Assembly (NCBI GenBank): GCA_040954595.2
Contig: CM082584.2
Span: 12,871,166 to 12,935,165 of the forward strand
Source of the DNA: Balanoglossus misakiensis
Lineage: Eukaryota; Animalia; Hemichordata
Direction: 5' to 3'
Length of the DNA stretch: 64,000 nucleotides
The notes under the pieces are model-generated. The model did not search any database. It had not been told where the DNA came from and was given only the letters and a program-made list of their open reading frames with translations. Position 1 is the stretch's first letter. Every line of letters starts with the position of its first letter. Of this stretch, positions 12,001 through 24,797 are shown in pieces. The position numbers and the translations under genes are program-made.

Positions 12001-15000
12001 ACTCATACCGTCTATGAATTTACATGTGGTGATCAAAGGATGGCAGTTCGATCGAGGACATCTGATATATATGAACCAGACACAAACATAGCATAGCGCA
12101 GCGGTCAATATTACCAATATTTCGATTAAAAACACTGATTCTAACACTAACCTCGGTATCTGCAGGTTCAATTGTGATAAAATCTTACGATTTGTGCATT
12201 TCTTGGCCATCTAGGGCAATATTCCAGTCCTGTTTTCCACGAAAACTGATCAGACGACATGACCTCACAGTTGAGGTAGCGTGATGTTCCAGGAAGCTGG
12301 TGCGCGCGCGTTTGCCTAACTTGCTACAATGTTACCATGGTAGCACCATGACGAAATCCCTAGAAAATCTCTATCAAAAAGCGTTGGAACGCCTCATGCA
12401 TTATTGTCCTCTTTGACAATTTAGGTGGAAAATTCAATATCACGTTTGCAATGATACGAATCTAGTGACATAGTTAATATTAAATTAGCCGCAAGTCCAT
12501 TCAACGTTGGCAATAGTTATCGACCTGACTCTGGTAACCATGTGGCTGAAATGACAGTTATGACAGCGCTGTGACGACATCTAACATCGTCTAAGTACAA
12601 TTTGGTTTTCTTCAAGGTTGCGTCATGTTATTTTTTAAATATTAAGATCAACAAACGTATGAATATGGTTTTCATTAAGTAACATTGACATTGGAAATTG
12701 CCATTTATTGATTCGAAGGCAGTGTTCGATTTTGTTTTGTGCCAATAAATGTTTTTACTTGACTTTAATCTTGGCCACAGTTGTTATGTATTAATGAAAC
12801 ATTGGCACATGAAAAGCATTCGTGTTTCACTTCGTGGGTCTTTTATTTGTGAAATCTCCCTAATCATGAAATTAGATTGACGCCTAAGGGAAAATTGACA
12901 CCATTATTAAGCCTTCAAAACGCTTTGACCGCTATTGCACACTACAGCAGGATATTAATGCGTTTAGCCATTGTAGTGTTCGAAGTTAATTGACAGACGT
13001 CACAAATTAGAAAACATAGGTAACTCCAGAGAGATAATACTTGTTGTGGCGACAACTTTGACCAAGAACAGTTATTGGTCAGTCACGTCGGATGAAGTTT
13101 ATTACAAAGCGCGATGATCAAACCTTGATCCAGAAACGTCCTGCCATAACGTCATATCTGAAATGTTGATGTTCATACAGGCTTTGCAATTAACCCGCCA
13201 TAGTTAATGTCAAGGTCATCCTTCTAAAACAACCTTCAAATTCATAAAGGAAGATCGTGCCTATTTAATCATATAACTTTTTGTTTGGCTATTTGTCTAA
13301 GTTTGAATTTCGCGTATGATGCTCCCAGTTGGTGGAGTTGTCGGCCTGTGTTGACTCACCACAGCCTTCTGTGTGGGCTGGTCTCGAAAAGCAAACCGAG
13401 ACATGTGGAACCTGAAATTTCTTTATCACCGAACAGCTGGACCTGGCAATACTCGACGAAATAATTAAACAAGATTTATTGACGTGTTTTCAGGCACCAT
13501 TGTCTGCCATTGTGTTGTATTTTGAAAAGGGGTCACTAAATATACTATGCTGTCGTTTTGCGGGTAGGTTGGTTAACACTCACAGAGAAGCTCGCCCGTG
13601 ACCTTTTTGATGAGGACTAGATACCGTAATGTGAGAACTGGACCCATCATCATGACACGTATTATCTACTGAATTGAAATGAACGTTTGTTTTTACGGTT
13701 ACTTCCCAGTTGGGACTTCTTTGGTCATAAAATTGTCAACATCTGCGGAAAAACTGATGACAGAGCTAAACAATACGGCACAAACATGCGCATATAGGTA
13801 GCAGAACGCAGAAAGGCATGTGAGCTAATATTACCCGATGAGTTACAACCCGATACACATATAGGTGGAAGAGAGAGCGTATACGTGTGTTGCATGCTAC
13901 AGAATCTCAAACCTTTGATCTTTCCGCACAAACTTAGTCTTCGCGTATAAACGTGACACCGAGGAATAATCGCATTGTCAAAGCCCAGCACAGCGAAAAT
14001 TATGTGTAATTCACTCCATAACTCCACCCAACCACCTTTAAGCAATGTAAATTGTTCTATTTTTGTATAATTTTAATTTCCTTAAACAAAATAGAACATG
14101 CAAATGTAAGCAAACGTAAATATTTTCGCCAGAGGGAATAATTATTTCCCCGAGGTAATTTAAAAGCGTACGACGCTACCCTGGAAATTTGAAGCATTTC
14201 GTTTCTACGTGACGGACATTCTCCAAACCCAACCGCGTTGAAATCTCCAGAAACCCCCGTAAATCATTTCATCTCGACTACAAGTGCCTCAGAACCCAAC
14301 GAAGCTTGTCGTACGTGAGCGATGTGACGGCCAATGAAGCACGATTATTGCAGTTTAGAAACGCACTTTCTTACAGCTGAAACAGTACGGAAATGGATAT
14401 AGCGTTCTTCAGCTTCATCCAGTTTTTCAGCTGTAATGTGATCTATATTTGCTTTCTCTGTCACATTCGACACGAATGTACAATGTTATTCGAGATGGCA
14501 GGTCGTTACGTCGTTAGCGGACATATAAATGCATGTTTCAGACCCTTACACTCATTTCCGTAACTTGTTGTCACTATCAAACTGTCTCGAAGAAACTGTT
14601 TTTCACCATGTTGACGAAATAGATGTTAACATGTCCTTTCGTAGGCATTTACATCATCGCATGCGTTTCTCAGTTTTTGCGACCATGGCGACACATGGTG
14701 TTGAAAATAAATTGCCAATGACCTTGATTGCGTGGCTTTTTTGCCTCCCAACAGTGGTCATCTCCAAGGGACTGTGTTTATATTCTGAAATATTTATTTC
14801 ACTTATTCTTGCTGTGTTTTGTTTTCAGTGTTGCTAATCAGTTGCTATGCCATTGTTGTGGAAAATGAGCGATCAAATTAAAACCCGGCACAATTCAGAT
14901 GATTGATTAAAACACATAAGACTTACTTCGCTCAGAATTTTAATAAAACCAATGCGGTCCCACGGCGCTTTTTGTTGATTTTTTCTGGCGTTTAATTGAC

Positions 15001-16150
15001 TATAGGAATTATCTTAAATGCAACGAGCGAGGGTTCCATTTTCAGTTGTTGTTCTGCGATTCATTAATATTCCGACCGCTAGTTCCCAAAATAAATATTT
15101 TCTGTCCGATTTACATTTTTTATCGTGGTTGAGCACTAGATCTGCCCGTTTTAGTTTCGGTCGCTCAATATCATGTACAGTCATGATCGGGCGTAACATA
15201 TCTAAGTCACAACAACGCTGTTTTGTTGTGCGCAACAAAACTGATGTATCTTCTATGCTAGACCAGGCCAGGAAGACAAAACTTCAAGTTCCTGGGATTT
15301 GGCAACTAGTAAAGCTTTTATTTATTTTTTACTGCATGACCACAGAAATTTAAAAGTGACACACCTTGACCCTGCTTTCTGCCTTCAAATGAACACAGAT
15401 ATTTTAATAACGCGTGCCATGCACATGTGTTGCTCATTACGATCCATTGTAAAGTCAATATCATGATTGTCTACTTTCAGATGGAGTATTGATATCAACC
15501 ATGGATTCTTGTTCTATTCCCTAAAGCATGATGTATTCAGTTTGTCAACGCTACTACAGAGAGGCACTTCGCTTGTAAAATATCTATTCGACCTATTCAT
15601 GAACACATTTCATTTAATTCTCATAATTTTGTTGCGCAACGTGTTTACAAATATATTGGCTGGCATATGCGATTTTAACACGCTAAGCGCATTATTAATT
15701 AGCTAGCTATAGGACGTAACATAGGTTAACATACGCGGGTAGGAATCAAGTACGTATTTAATTGTTTCAAAGAACTGTTATCGTTATTAATATAATGCTT
15801 ACGTATACGTGAATGTGACATCCACATTTCCGAAGTATTAAAGAAGTAGATGCTTAAGAGTGATCGCTTTACAGCTGACACGAGAAATTGACTGACAGAT
15901 AGACAGACAGATAGATAGACAGAGAGAGAGAGAGACAGCCACAGTGACTTAACTGAAACCCAGCTTGTCATTATACCAGCACTCATGCATATGTAGCCCT
16001 GGGTCAGTTGGCCTCGGATGAACGTTTTATAAGGGAGATGCTAATAAAAACCAAAAGTTCAAAAATGAACTTACCACATTCTACCGGGTTAAATGTCCAA
16101 CACACAAGTAATAAGAACGACGCTGCGCGTACTATAGTTCCCTTCTTCAT
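95..16150 (-). CDS. Predicted FN3/EGF type-I receptor fused to a DEG/ENaC channel subunit carrying LDLa and ShKT modules; 3'-partial, 20 exons and about 958 codons visible
   Basis: Exons (minus): 16150-16075, 10049-9798, 9514-9392, 8941-8819, 7661-7515, 7355-7239, 5526-5407, 5116-4988, 4799-4677, 4501-4376, 3009-2870, 2640-2582, 2348-1885, 1784-1665, 1543-1415, 1245-1123, 1032-916, 769-647, 542-423, 238-95. All introns GT-AG, all junctions phase-compatible, no in-frame stop. Module identities are clear; joining them into one transcript is a prediction. Confidence 0.75.
423..542 (-). CDS. ShKT domain exon
   Basis: [35 protein letters not shown] fits the ShKT six-Cys pattern with W-A-x-x-G-E-C and C-P-x-S-C-x-x-C; 120 nt, phase 1-1. 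Confidence 0.9.
647..1784 (-). CDS. Five LDL-receptor class A exons inserted in the DEG/ENaC ectodomain (a sixth lies at 95-238)
   Basis: Six-Cys modules ending in D-x-S-D-E-type motifs: [81 protein letters not shown]; all phase 1-1. Confidence 0.92.
1885..2348 (-). CDS. DEG/ENaC (amiloride-sensitive channel family) N-terminal exon: HG motif, TM1, post-TM1 signature
   Basis: [17 protein letters not shown] (HG motif), [27 protein letters not shown] (TM1), [16 protein letters not shown] (FPAVTICN signature). Confidence 0.93.
2870..3009 (-). CDS. Transmembrane helix plus polybasic stop-transfer exon
   Basis: [47 protein letters not shown]; acceptor tattttcatag phase 1 matches the EGF8 donor; donor ATG|gtaaaa phase 0. 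Confidence 0.85.
4376..9514 (-). CDS. Array of 8 single-exon EGF-like modules
   Basis: For example [40 protein letters not shown] and [36 protein letters not shown]; each exon 117-147 nt, symmetric phase 1-1. Confidence 0.92.
7000..7179. repeat. Long near-perfect inverted repeat (arms about 56 bp, spacer about 67 bp), intronic, MITE- or hairpin-like
   Basis: 7000-7056 gtttccttttagagcagaagagcgacgtgaatccatgaatttgtacaaatgagcaaa is the reverse complement of 7124-7179 apart from one substitution and one indel. Confidence 0.9.
9798..10049 (-). CDS. Fibronectin type III domain exon
   Basis: [20 protein letters not shown]...[22 protein letters not shown] has the FN3 Trp and the L-x-P-x-T-x-Y-x-I-x-V-x-A signature; 252 nt, phase 1-1. 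Confidence 0.85.
15893..15938. repeat. Compound (GACA/GATA/GA)n microsatellite
   Basis: gacagatagacagacagatagatagacagagagagagagagacag is directly visible. Confidence 0.8.
16075..16150 (-). CDS. Signal-peptide exon, first coding exon of the FN3/EGF-DEG/ENaC gene
   Basis: [25 protein letters not shown] followed by a G|gtaag phase-1 donor; basic n-region, hydrophobic h-region, V-E-C cleavage-like site; phase matches the FN3 exon acceptor. Confidence 0.7.
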
Positions 16151-18145
16151 AATGTTTGGCTGTGGAGGCAGGAACTGATGCGTGTTATTCCGTTCAACCG
16201 TGCTGGGTTGAATTAGCGTAAGTTGGTAGCCACAGCGAGAGGAGTTTTCTGAAACAATGTTCGTTGAGCTGGGGAGTTTTGGATCCCCCGGCTGCGTTGG
16301 TCGAGTCAGGAGGCGTCCATGCGTCACATTGTGTGACGTGTTGTCAATTAATTAACGGCTGACCATGCCAGTATAATAGATAAAATTATATATGCTGTAC
16401 GAGCTGGTCTGCGATTCAAGTTGTATCAGATGCTTATACTTAAAGGTCTTTGTAAAAACTGGCATAACCTTTAACGCAACGAAAAATGCATGAACTGAAG
16501 TAAAAAGAATTACAAATGTACACGCATTTGTTTATCATCTCTTGGTTACGGTTGCATATGTAATATTGCGATCCTTAACGTGAGCACTGAAGGTTGCTAA
16601 CCTATCCTGGTTCCTGATCCCAAGGAAACTGTTCGGTAACATGGAATGTTCAGTCAATATTCGGTATTTTTCCATTGAGGAAACCAAATCACGCTCATCT
16701 TAAGTAATTTGTCATATAACATTTAACTGAATCGGCGAACCAAGCAGCAATTTCCTGTGTAAAGCTGTGTGTTTCATTCATCAAAACGCGTGCATAGAAA
16801 ACCACCAAGCTGATTTTTAGCGTATTGTGCATATTATACGTTTCGAATTAGTTTACTTTATGATATTTCTCTTCCGTTGTCTTGGTTACTGCTGAGAAAA
16901 CTTGAAATTATTCTGCGACGGGAAGCCAATCACATAACCTTAAATCTTTGGTTTTTTTTCTATTCTATCTCGCACAGGACTGAATTGGGTGCGTTCAGAT
17001 TATTCCAGTTAGGTTTTTCAAATAATTAGTTGAAGTGTCGAAATCGCTATGTATGATGCTTATATTAAAGTTATGCCAGTATAAACTTAAAATGAAACGA
17101 TGGATCCTTTAACGACTTTAATTCTAAATCATAAATAATTACGGTGTATAGGGATTTCCTCCAGCACTATTTTATTAAGGTAATCATTAATTGGATGCCG
17201 TTTATTAGATTTCAAAAATCCATTCTGCGACAATTCAAACCCTCCACAGCATATCCTTGTGATTGACGCGCAAAAGATATTACAAGGTGGTTCATATATT
17301 GACAGTGCCAATTATACGACAAAGGCCTCGCCCTTTTGAAGATTTATAGAAACTACCGGCTTCACCATGGTTATATTAGGTAATTAGATTGGTCATTAAA
17401 TAACAAACCAATATGATATATGACGATAGCATATTGCTTCCAGGCAGCCAATTTCACTCACGAATGAGGGGATAATGGCGCCCTCTATTGATCGTGGAGT
17501 CTCAGAATTGGGGTACGGTGACGTCTGAACATGAACAGACCAGACCGTTTACAGACGTATCATAGTGCCATGTGTGAAGGTCACCAAAATGAGAGATGAT
17601 GGTCATGAACTTATGACACTGACATATATTTTGAAATCATATATACACCTTTCATTTCAATGTCTATGTGATAAGAAACCATAAGCTCCTAACGCAATCT
17701 GTTATGGCTGGGGTACCACTCTGTAATCACTTTCACATCTGTCGCACCCCACTTGATACTGATATCAACTATGCAACACGTGACCTTTGTCAAAACCTGT
17801 TAGCCATTTTATGCTATTAATGTAACATGTCATGTATAATTCATGTGAATCTTCCCTCAATAAATGAGATGAAAATCATAACATGGTTGTGTTTATGACA
17901 CAGATGCTTATCTTTTTAGATAATTCACTGCTTGAAAGAAATCAGAAAGCTAAGGTGCTTTTCCTCACTGAACATTTTTATTGTACAATAAATGCTTTAA
18001 AAACTCTACATTGAGCCTATAACAGAAGTCCCCCATTTACATCGGAAAGTCTTGATTGGCTGATGAGATAGTACAAGTCTGAATGAACCAATCAGCTGCT
18101 TGCTATCAACACTATTGGCCAAATCTCAGCCAATCTCTTCTGCTC

Positions 18146-21100
18146 TTACTTCTTCCTGAAGAAAGTGGACTTTGCTGCTCCTTGCGCATCTTCTGGTCGG
18201 ATTGTGAAGAATACTTCATCCATGGGATCCATTTTGAAGGATTTGTCTTTTGTCTCTTCCCGACGCTTTTCCAGAAACTGCTTGGATTCCACACGGTTCT
18301 GGTATTTGTATGTTGCCTGGCGTCTGGCATCTCTCCGTTGCTACATGCCAAAAAGGGGGAAAAACATTTGCGTTAATTTCATAGATGTCCAAGTAATTTT
18401 ACCCTAAAACAGATTCAGTTGATATTGAGTGACAAGGGGAATGTCAGTTCATCACAGTATGAACTCCATTCAGTTAGGGGACTCAAGTGACAGCTGAATG
18501 GTACTGAGTAACTATGGGAGGGCAGTAAGGTAACACACCTCTTTTATGATTTTCAAATTGAATTGGTAATCTTACAAGAGGGAAGGTGACATATCAATTG
18601 GGTATTAAAAAGCCTATATCCCCTGACAATTAAGTGACCACCTGTGACAAGATTTTATTGGGAATATTATAACCCCAGAATGAGGAACATAAACACAGGG
18701 CGCCATTCAATGCATATGAATATTCACCATTGATGAGTTGTATTACAATCAAACAATAGTCACTGAATGTACTTTGCATAATTGAATACTAATCCACAAC
18801 ACACTTTGCATTACTCAACAAAAATATATTGTGGGAATAATCATCAGGTGAGTTTGGCTGAGAGAAGTATTCATGACATGTCATCACAGTGTGATGATTA
18901 GACTGACCTCGTTTGGTGACTTGTAGTGAGGGTTTTCATACAACGTCGGCCCAACAAAACTCCCCCCAAACAATTTGATGAGATTCAGTGTAAATCTTGG
19001 TCCAACTTCAGCCAAAGAGCCATCTTCTTCTATTATCTATTGTGGCAAAAGTGGGGAAAACAAAACACCAACAGTGAAACAAAAAGCCAATGCAAGTGTC
19101 AGTGTCAGGCAGTGTCAATGCAAGTTTTCTTCAAAGGACATGAAAAACTGTAAACTATCTTTTTACGAGGCTGCTGTAGATTTATTTGACTGCACTGCAA
19201 AATTCTGCAAAATGACATGGCTAAAACAGGCAATACGCTGTTGTTCAGTTTTATGACATAAACACTATTTAGTTTTAAGGTCACCTATTCATACAGGCTA
19301 ACTGTATTGTGAGTGTCACTTCTGGTGTTATAAAAATAGACCACTGGTGCTGTTTTTGGATTACAGACAGTACCATGCTATCCACAGAAAAACATTGGAT
19401 ACTGTAGAAAATCGTTTTTACTGTTTTTTGATCTCTCTCTTGCTTGCATTAGCGAGAGATGGGCCAGTTCCTGTTGATTCTCCAGGGATAACCCCACTGA
19501 GAAAACTGATTTCCATCTTACCTGGTAATTCCTAAACCAAATTCTGTTGTCACCGATGGAGAAGTTATACACATGATCGATAAATGGTTGACTTTTGGGA
19601 TGATAATGAGGTGTGCTGAAAATCTGCCAAAATAACAAGAGACATTTACTGTTATGGGCAATGTCACACATGATGAATAAACACAAATAAAACAAATATA
19701 GTAATCATTCAAATATTCACACTAAAATGATGTTTATTTGTCTGGGAATTGCAACTACGCCCTCTATCAATGCAACTGCTACCACTTTCGTTTAAAGATC
19801 ACAAAACCGATCCACCCAAAGCCATTTTGCCTAGAAAAATGGACTGGTTGCCATGGACACTTACCTGTACAAAAAGTTCCTTGAGTAACATATACTGAGG
19901 CTCATCTTCAAATTTCGAATCAAAGGACAGAATTGGTCGGGACGCTCTCAGGCAGTTACCTGTCATCTTCAGTTCATTCATTGTGTGAACTGTGTAGTAA
20001 AACATGACACAATTGTTGGAAAAAACAAGATGAGAAAGAGGCATATTCACTATACATCCAGTCAAACGAGAAGAATGGTCCACATAGCTGCAAGTACACT
20101 TACCATTTTCCACTAAAAATTTGGCAGAAGGCCCATGGGGTACATTCGACATCCTGTATGCAGAAAGAAGAAACATGTTGCTTTGTTAGGTGGTGATTTA
20201 TTGAAAAGTGGTTTCTCCATCCCCATGTCCAATTATGTATGCCCAACCGTTTATGAAGCATAAACATAGCCAGAAATTGTGACTATGAAAAGTGCTAACA
20301 CTCACCACATATACAGATCTTTCTTTTTCTTGGCCTCAAAGTAAATGACTTTACTACAGTTCTTCATTTCACAAATCTACATAAAGAAAAAAAAAGATGC
20401 TTTGATCAATACAGGACGCAAAGACGAGTACTGGCAAGCTTTCAAATATTTGCAGATAAGGCATTCTATCACTTGCAACCTTGCCACTTGTCTTTACCTC
20501 ATTGATTGCAAACAGACCATCTTGCTTTTCCATCTTCACATCTGAAAATGAAATGATCACAAAAATAAATTTCAACATCAACATCTATCAATACTATTTA
20601 TTTTTGTACAAAAAAGTTCATACATGAAAAACTTGTGATTTACCTGGTTTTGCATGTGGCGTTAACGTCCTAAGATCATTCATCAAATGTCTTCCTCTGA
20701 ATGAAATTCCTCTTGAAGAAAATACAAGAACTCTAGTTTTGTTCTTCCATTTTCCCTGGGTGAGAGATCAGAGATTACACTTTTACACAACACATGTGAT
20801 GATGTATGAGTTGACCTCACACAGTGCCTTGCCACGGTGCAAGGGGAATGGCAGGGCTATGCATCATCCACAGCAAATCTCTATCCTATTAAAACCATGG
20901 ACGTATGTATGCTGTCTACATCATACATGTACAAACAGCAGTACTGTACAGTACACAGTCTTGTACATGTGTGTGTACAGTGCATCATGTACTCGATACC
21001 ACGTGTTCTCGAACACAGTCGCTCCTTTCAAGTTTGTCGATATTTACGCCAATCTTTACCTTCGTTATGAGCTCCTCCACTGGTACCTCACTAGTTTTAT

Positions 21101-21194
21101 CTTCCGACGGCAGTTTACGCTCCTCATTATCTGCCTTTTTAACCTTTTTCGCCTTTTTACTGTTTTGTTTCTGTTCCCGTTTGCGTTTCGCCAT
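18146..21194 (-). CDS. BRIX1: Ribosome biogenesis protein BRX1 homolog (Brix domain), multi-exon
   Basis: Spliced peptides KWKNKTRVLVFSSRGISFRGRHLMNDL, MSNVPHGPSAKFLVEN, HTMNELKMTGNCLRASRPILSFD, IFSTPHYHPKSQPFIDHV, IWFRNYQ, LAEVGPRFTLNLIKLFGGSFVGPTLYENPHYKSPN; ATG at 21194, TAA at 18146-18148. Confidence 0.95.
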
Positions 21195-21619
21195 ATTTAC
21201 TGTGGTTGCATTGAACCACTTCCGGGTCATGAGTAATCGACAACGGATCGTGTTCGACGCTCTTCGGGTGGGTGTCGATATTTCCAGATTTAAAAGGAAT
21301 TTCAAGACAAATAATCATAATTTTCCCATAAAATGTACACAGTGTTCACATAATTAAGACACAAACCATAACTGGACCTATCTTGCCTATTAATTCTTAA
21401 ACGGCGTTTGACACATCATCGTCGACTGTCTCGGGAAAAAAGCCGAACGTAGCCGAAAAAAGATAAACAATTTTCTTAGAAGGACGGACAGGAAGTACCT
21501 GGCCAGGAAATACCCTGACAGAATAGTAGTGATAAACCGCAACTAAACGTGAGCTTTGTTCGCGCATTTCGTTCTAACTACATCAGAGAAACTTAGTGCA
21601 GACAAGGCCTTTCAATAGC
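21195..21619. promoter_or_regulatory. Probable bidirectional promoter shared by BRIX1 and PAIP1
   Basis: Divergent start codons about 425 bp apart; locally CpG-richer; ETS-like cores CACTTCCGG (21217-21225) and CAGGAAGT (about 21489). Confidence 0.65.
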
Positions 21620-24600
21620 ATGTCGACAAATACAAGCAGCGGCGAGGGAAAAGTGACGGACAAAGATGGTGGTGGTGACATAGGTGATGGGGCAGAGCAA
21701 CAGAAGAGAAAACCTCTGCGTCAACCTCTTTCTCCAAACCCACCCGACATTAAACCAGGTATTAATATTAAAGCATGGCGTTTCTCACATTCACACAAAA
21801 CATAATTCATTCTTCTTGAGGCACCAGTCATAATGAATTGCCCGTGCATCTTCTCGCAGAGTGAAAGATTATTTATGCTGTGTCACCTTGATCATTGTAC
21901 CAATAAACATCTTTTATATTCCCAGCTGAGCCAAACCAAAAAGCAAACTCGGCATATGCATTAGGAGGAGACACAAAAACCAGTGGGCCATCACCAATAT
22001 CAAGCCTGTCTGTAAATGCAGCTGTTTTTGTTCCAAGGACAGCAAAACCACCTGCAGCTGTTGATCAGGTGAGCAAGAGCAAATGAGAAACAACAATAAT
22101 TATTGTCTTTTGAGAATGAATGATGGAAACAAGTGTTATTGTTGTATTATTAAATGTCATCTGTGCAACTACATGTACAGATATGATGGATACTGAAGAC
22201 CTAAACCAATCACAGATTTATGCTTAGAGAGGTACAATATGGTCAAGTGCTCACAAACCTCAAATTGACCTATTTTCATTTGAGTGACGTACGCACCCTC
22301 TATAACCATAAATGGACGTATTTGTATTTGAATAAGAGATTTCTGTACACCTTTGACATTTGTGTGAATTTACATCCTTCCAGGCATCGACTGGTTACGA
22401 CACATTTGACAGATTGACAACCAATCGGCCAGCAATACTAGCCACTGCAAAAAATGATAGTAAGGAGATCAGCTTGTTGAAGAATTCCATGTTTCAGCTG
22501 ATGTCAGACCCAGGCTCTTTTGATGAGCTTCTCAAAAAGCTGGTTGATGTTTTCAATCAGAGTGTTCGAGATGAGAAGAGTCTGCTAGAAGTCATTGGCA
22601 TCATCTATGAATTGGTAAGGTGGCCACTTTAGACTCTTCTCCATATTAATTGTTTTTTCGTTTTAAAGCTGGTGTGTATGTTAATCAGTGTTATATTGAC
22701 ATGTTGGCACCCCCTAGCACTTTGCCAAAGGACAAACCCTGATAGACTACTACTTGTTTCTTTTCACAGTCAGTTGAAGAAGTGAATTTTAGGTACACCG
22801 GAGCAAGAATGTGTGACTATCTTTCAAGGGATATGAAAGTGAAAACGGAAAGTGGTACATTTAGGCAGCATCTTTTAAAAAGGTAAAGTGAAGGGAAGAA
22901 TGTGGATGGGAACTGGTAATCACCTGGAAGTATGAATTGTCTGCTGTACTGGACCTTCCCTGGAGATGTGTAATCGTACTTGGCTGAAGTGTCTTCCTTC
23001 CTAATTTATCATCCTAATACTCATTATGTTTTGTTATACAGACTTCATCAGGAATTTCAAAAGAAGGATGAAAATATCAAAGTTCCAACCAGCATTCCAA
23101 GACTTCATGGATTTACATTATTTGTAGGAGAGCTTTTTGAGAACTTTAAGGTAGGTTCAGATTCAGTTGTTCATAAACATTTTAATCTTTTCAATTTAAG
23201 TTTCAAGTGAACAGATTCAATATTAAAGTTTGTTTAATGTACATTTGGTAAAGTTGAAAGTAAATGTGAATGAATGTATTGAGACAGTGGTAATTTGTTG
23301 TCTTTGAATTCTCGTGGTGGAAGTAGGTATCTGATTTTCTTCGTGTTTCTCTTTTTCAGATCAAAATTGAAAATACTGGAAAGGTAGAAAGGCTTAATGT
23401 AATTCGAAAAGCCTTGCATGATTTGATACTTACTCTGTTTGAGCAAAAGAGTTACGCTAACTTCAAATGTGCCATCAATGTCTTGAAGGTAAGGGGATAT
23501 ATGGAAAGTATTTAACTCCGTGCAAGCTAGTGGGAGTAGAGGATGTTCTCTGTTCTAGGCCAGAAGAAAACAAAATGCTTTAATGATATTCATCTTGGAT
23601 TTCAAATACATGTTATCCACCATCCACATTCCTGCTTGTACTTGCAGTGATCTCGTTGTTACTTTTAAAACCGTCTTGAAAGCTTTTATCCCTGAAGCAT
23701 GCCTCTTTTTATTTCGTACTTGCAGCTGACAGGTGGAATTCTTGAAGAATGTGAAATAGAGGAAACAGGCAATCATTCTGAAATGGATTCAATATTTGTC
23801 AAAGTCCGAGAATTGGCTAAAGACCAAAATGTTCACAGGTAAGAAAGATCCTCATGTAAGGGGGATTGGATTGACTTACTCTGCATGCTATAACTGCATG
23901 GTTCCATACATATGGGGATAGTTGACGAGACTTGGGTGTTTCCACTTGCAGGGATCTTCAGGAAAATCTGAGGAAGTTGATGACACTCCGAGAAAGTGGT
24001 TGGGACCGCAAATCACAAGAGACATCACTGCCAACCGAGAATATGAACTCGGCAAGTGCAGCAGCAGCAGCTTCAGCCCAAGAGTACTCTGTAAGTATCT
24101 GATAATCCTACTGAGACAGGGTCAGCTACTTTCAGCTTTAGTATATTCCAGAATGTAGGCACAATTTCTCAAGAATGTTCATGAAGATTTACGTTACTAC
24201 TCATTCGAGTAAACTTGAGAATGATAGGCTAAAAATTTTGTCAGCTCTTTAATGCAGAGGTTATTGATGTGCTACTTGAGGGGTTTGTATTTTTTTCATT
24301 TTTTGCAGGTGGCACCTGTTTTCTTCTCAAGTGATGGACGACAGATTACAGCACAAGAAGCAGGATATTATTATGAAGATTATGAAGAGTACTCTGAGGA
24401 GTACTATGGTAATGATGAGTACTATGGTAATGAATACTATGACTGGGCAGCAGCACAGTAAGTATACATGTCACAGAATTCTCACTGCCTTAAATAGGTT
24501 TGTGCTACCTAGGTGAGTGATAAAAATCTGGTGAGGCTCATGCTGCCTAGGTATGTGATAAAAAATCTCATGTGCAGACTTTCAAGATGGCAGACTGAAG

Positions 24601-24797
24601 AATTTGTGAAAGTCCTGGCATTTGAAACTAAAATTGTAATTTTTTATTACAAATTACAAAAAAGTTGAAATCTGTATTAAAGTGGCATTTTGTCTTTTCA
24701 CAGGGAAGGAGAGGAGTATTATGATGGTGCGTACATACTCGATGACGAAGCAGAAAGAGATTATGAACAGTTTCTCCGAGAGAGCAGGCGTTCATAG
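21620..24797 (+). CDS. PAIP1: Poly(A)-binding protein-interacting protein 1, multi-exon
   Basis: PAM2 motif SSLSVNAAVFVP (about 22000-22040); MIF4G segments NFRYTGARMCDYLS, FRQHLLKR, RLHGFTLFVGELF; acidic Tyr-rich tail ending DDEAERDYEQFLRESRRS, stop TAG at 24795-24797. Confidence 0.88.

Noticed and set aside
13360-13411. Exon-like segment (tttcag|...GCTGTG|gtgagt) in intron 1 of the chimera
   Set aside because: At 52 nt it would shift the frame between the signal and FN3 exons; its internal ATG frame ends in phase 0, incompatible with the FN3 exon; no other support.
18112-18351. ORF-track frame MACSNGEMPD as the last BRIX1 exon
   Set aside because: Wrong frame; the phase-0 splice gives QRRDARRQATYKYQ...FFRKK with the stop at 18146.
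18410-18900. C/D-box-like motifs in a BRIX1 intron as snoRNA candidates
   Set aside because: C and D boxes are only about 40-45 nt apart, with no clear terminal stem or rRNA guide.
24399-24440. 18-bp tandem repeat gagtactatggtaatga(t/a)
   Set aside because: An in-frame EYYGND expansion in the acidic PAIP1 tail, not a separate element.
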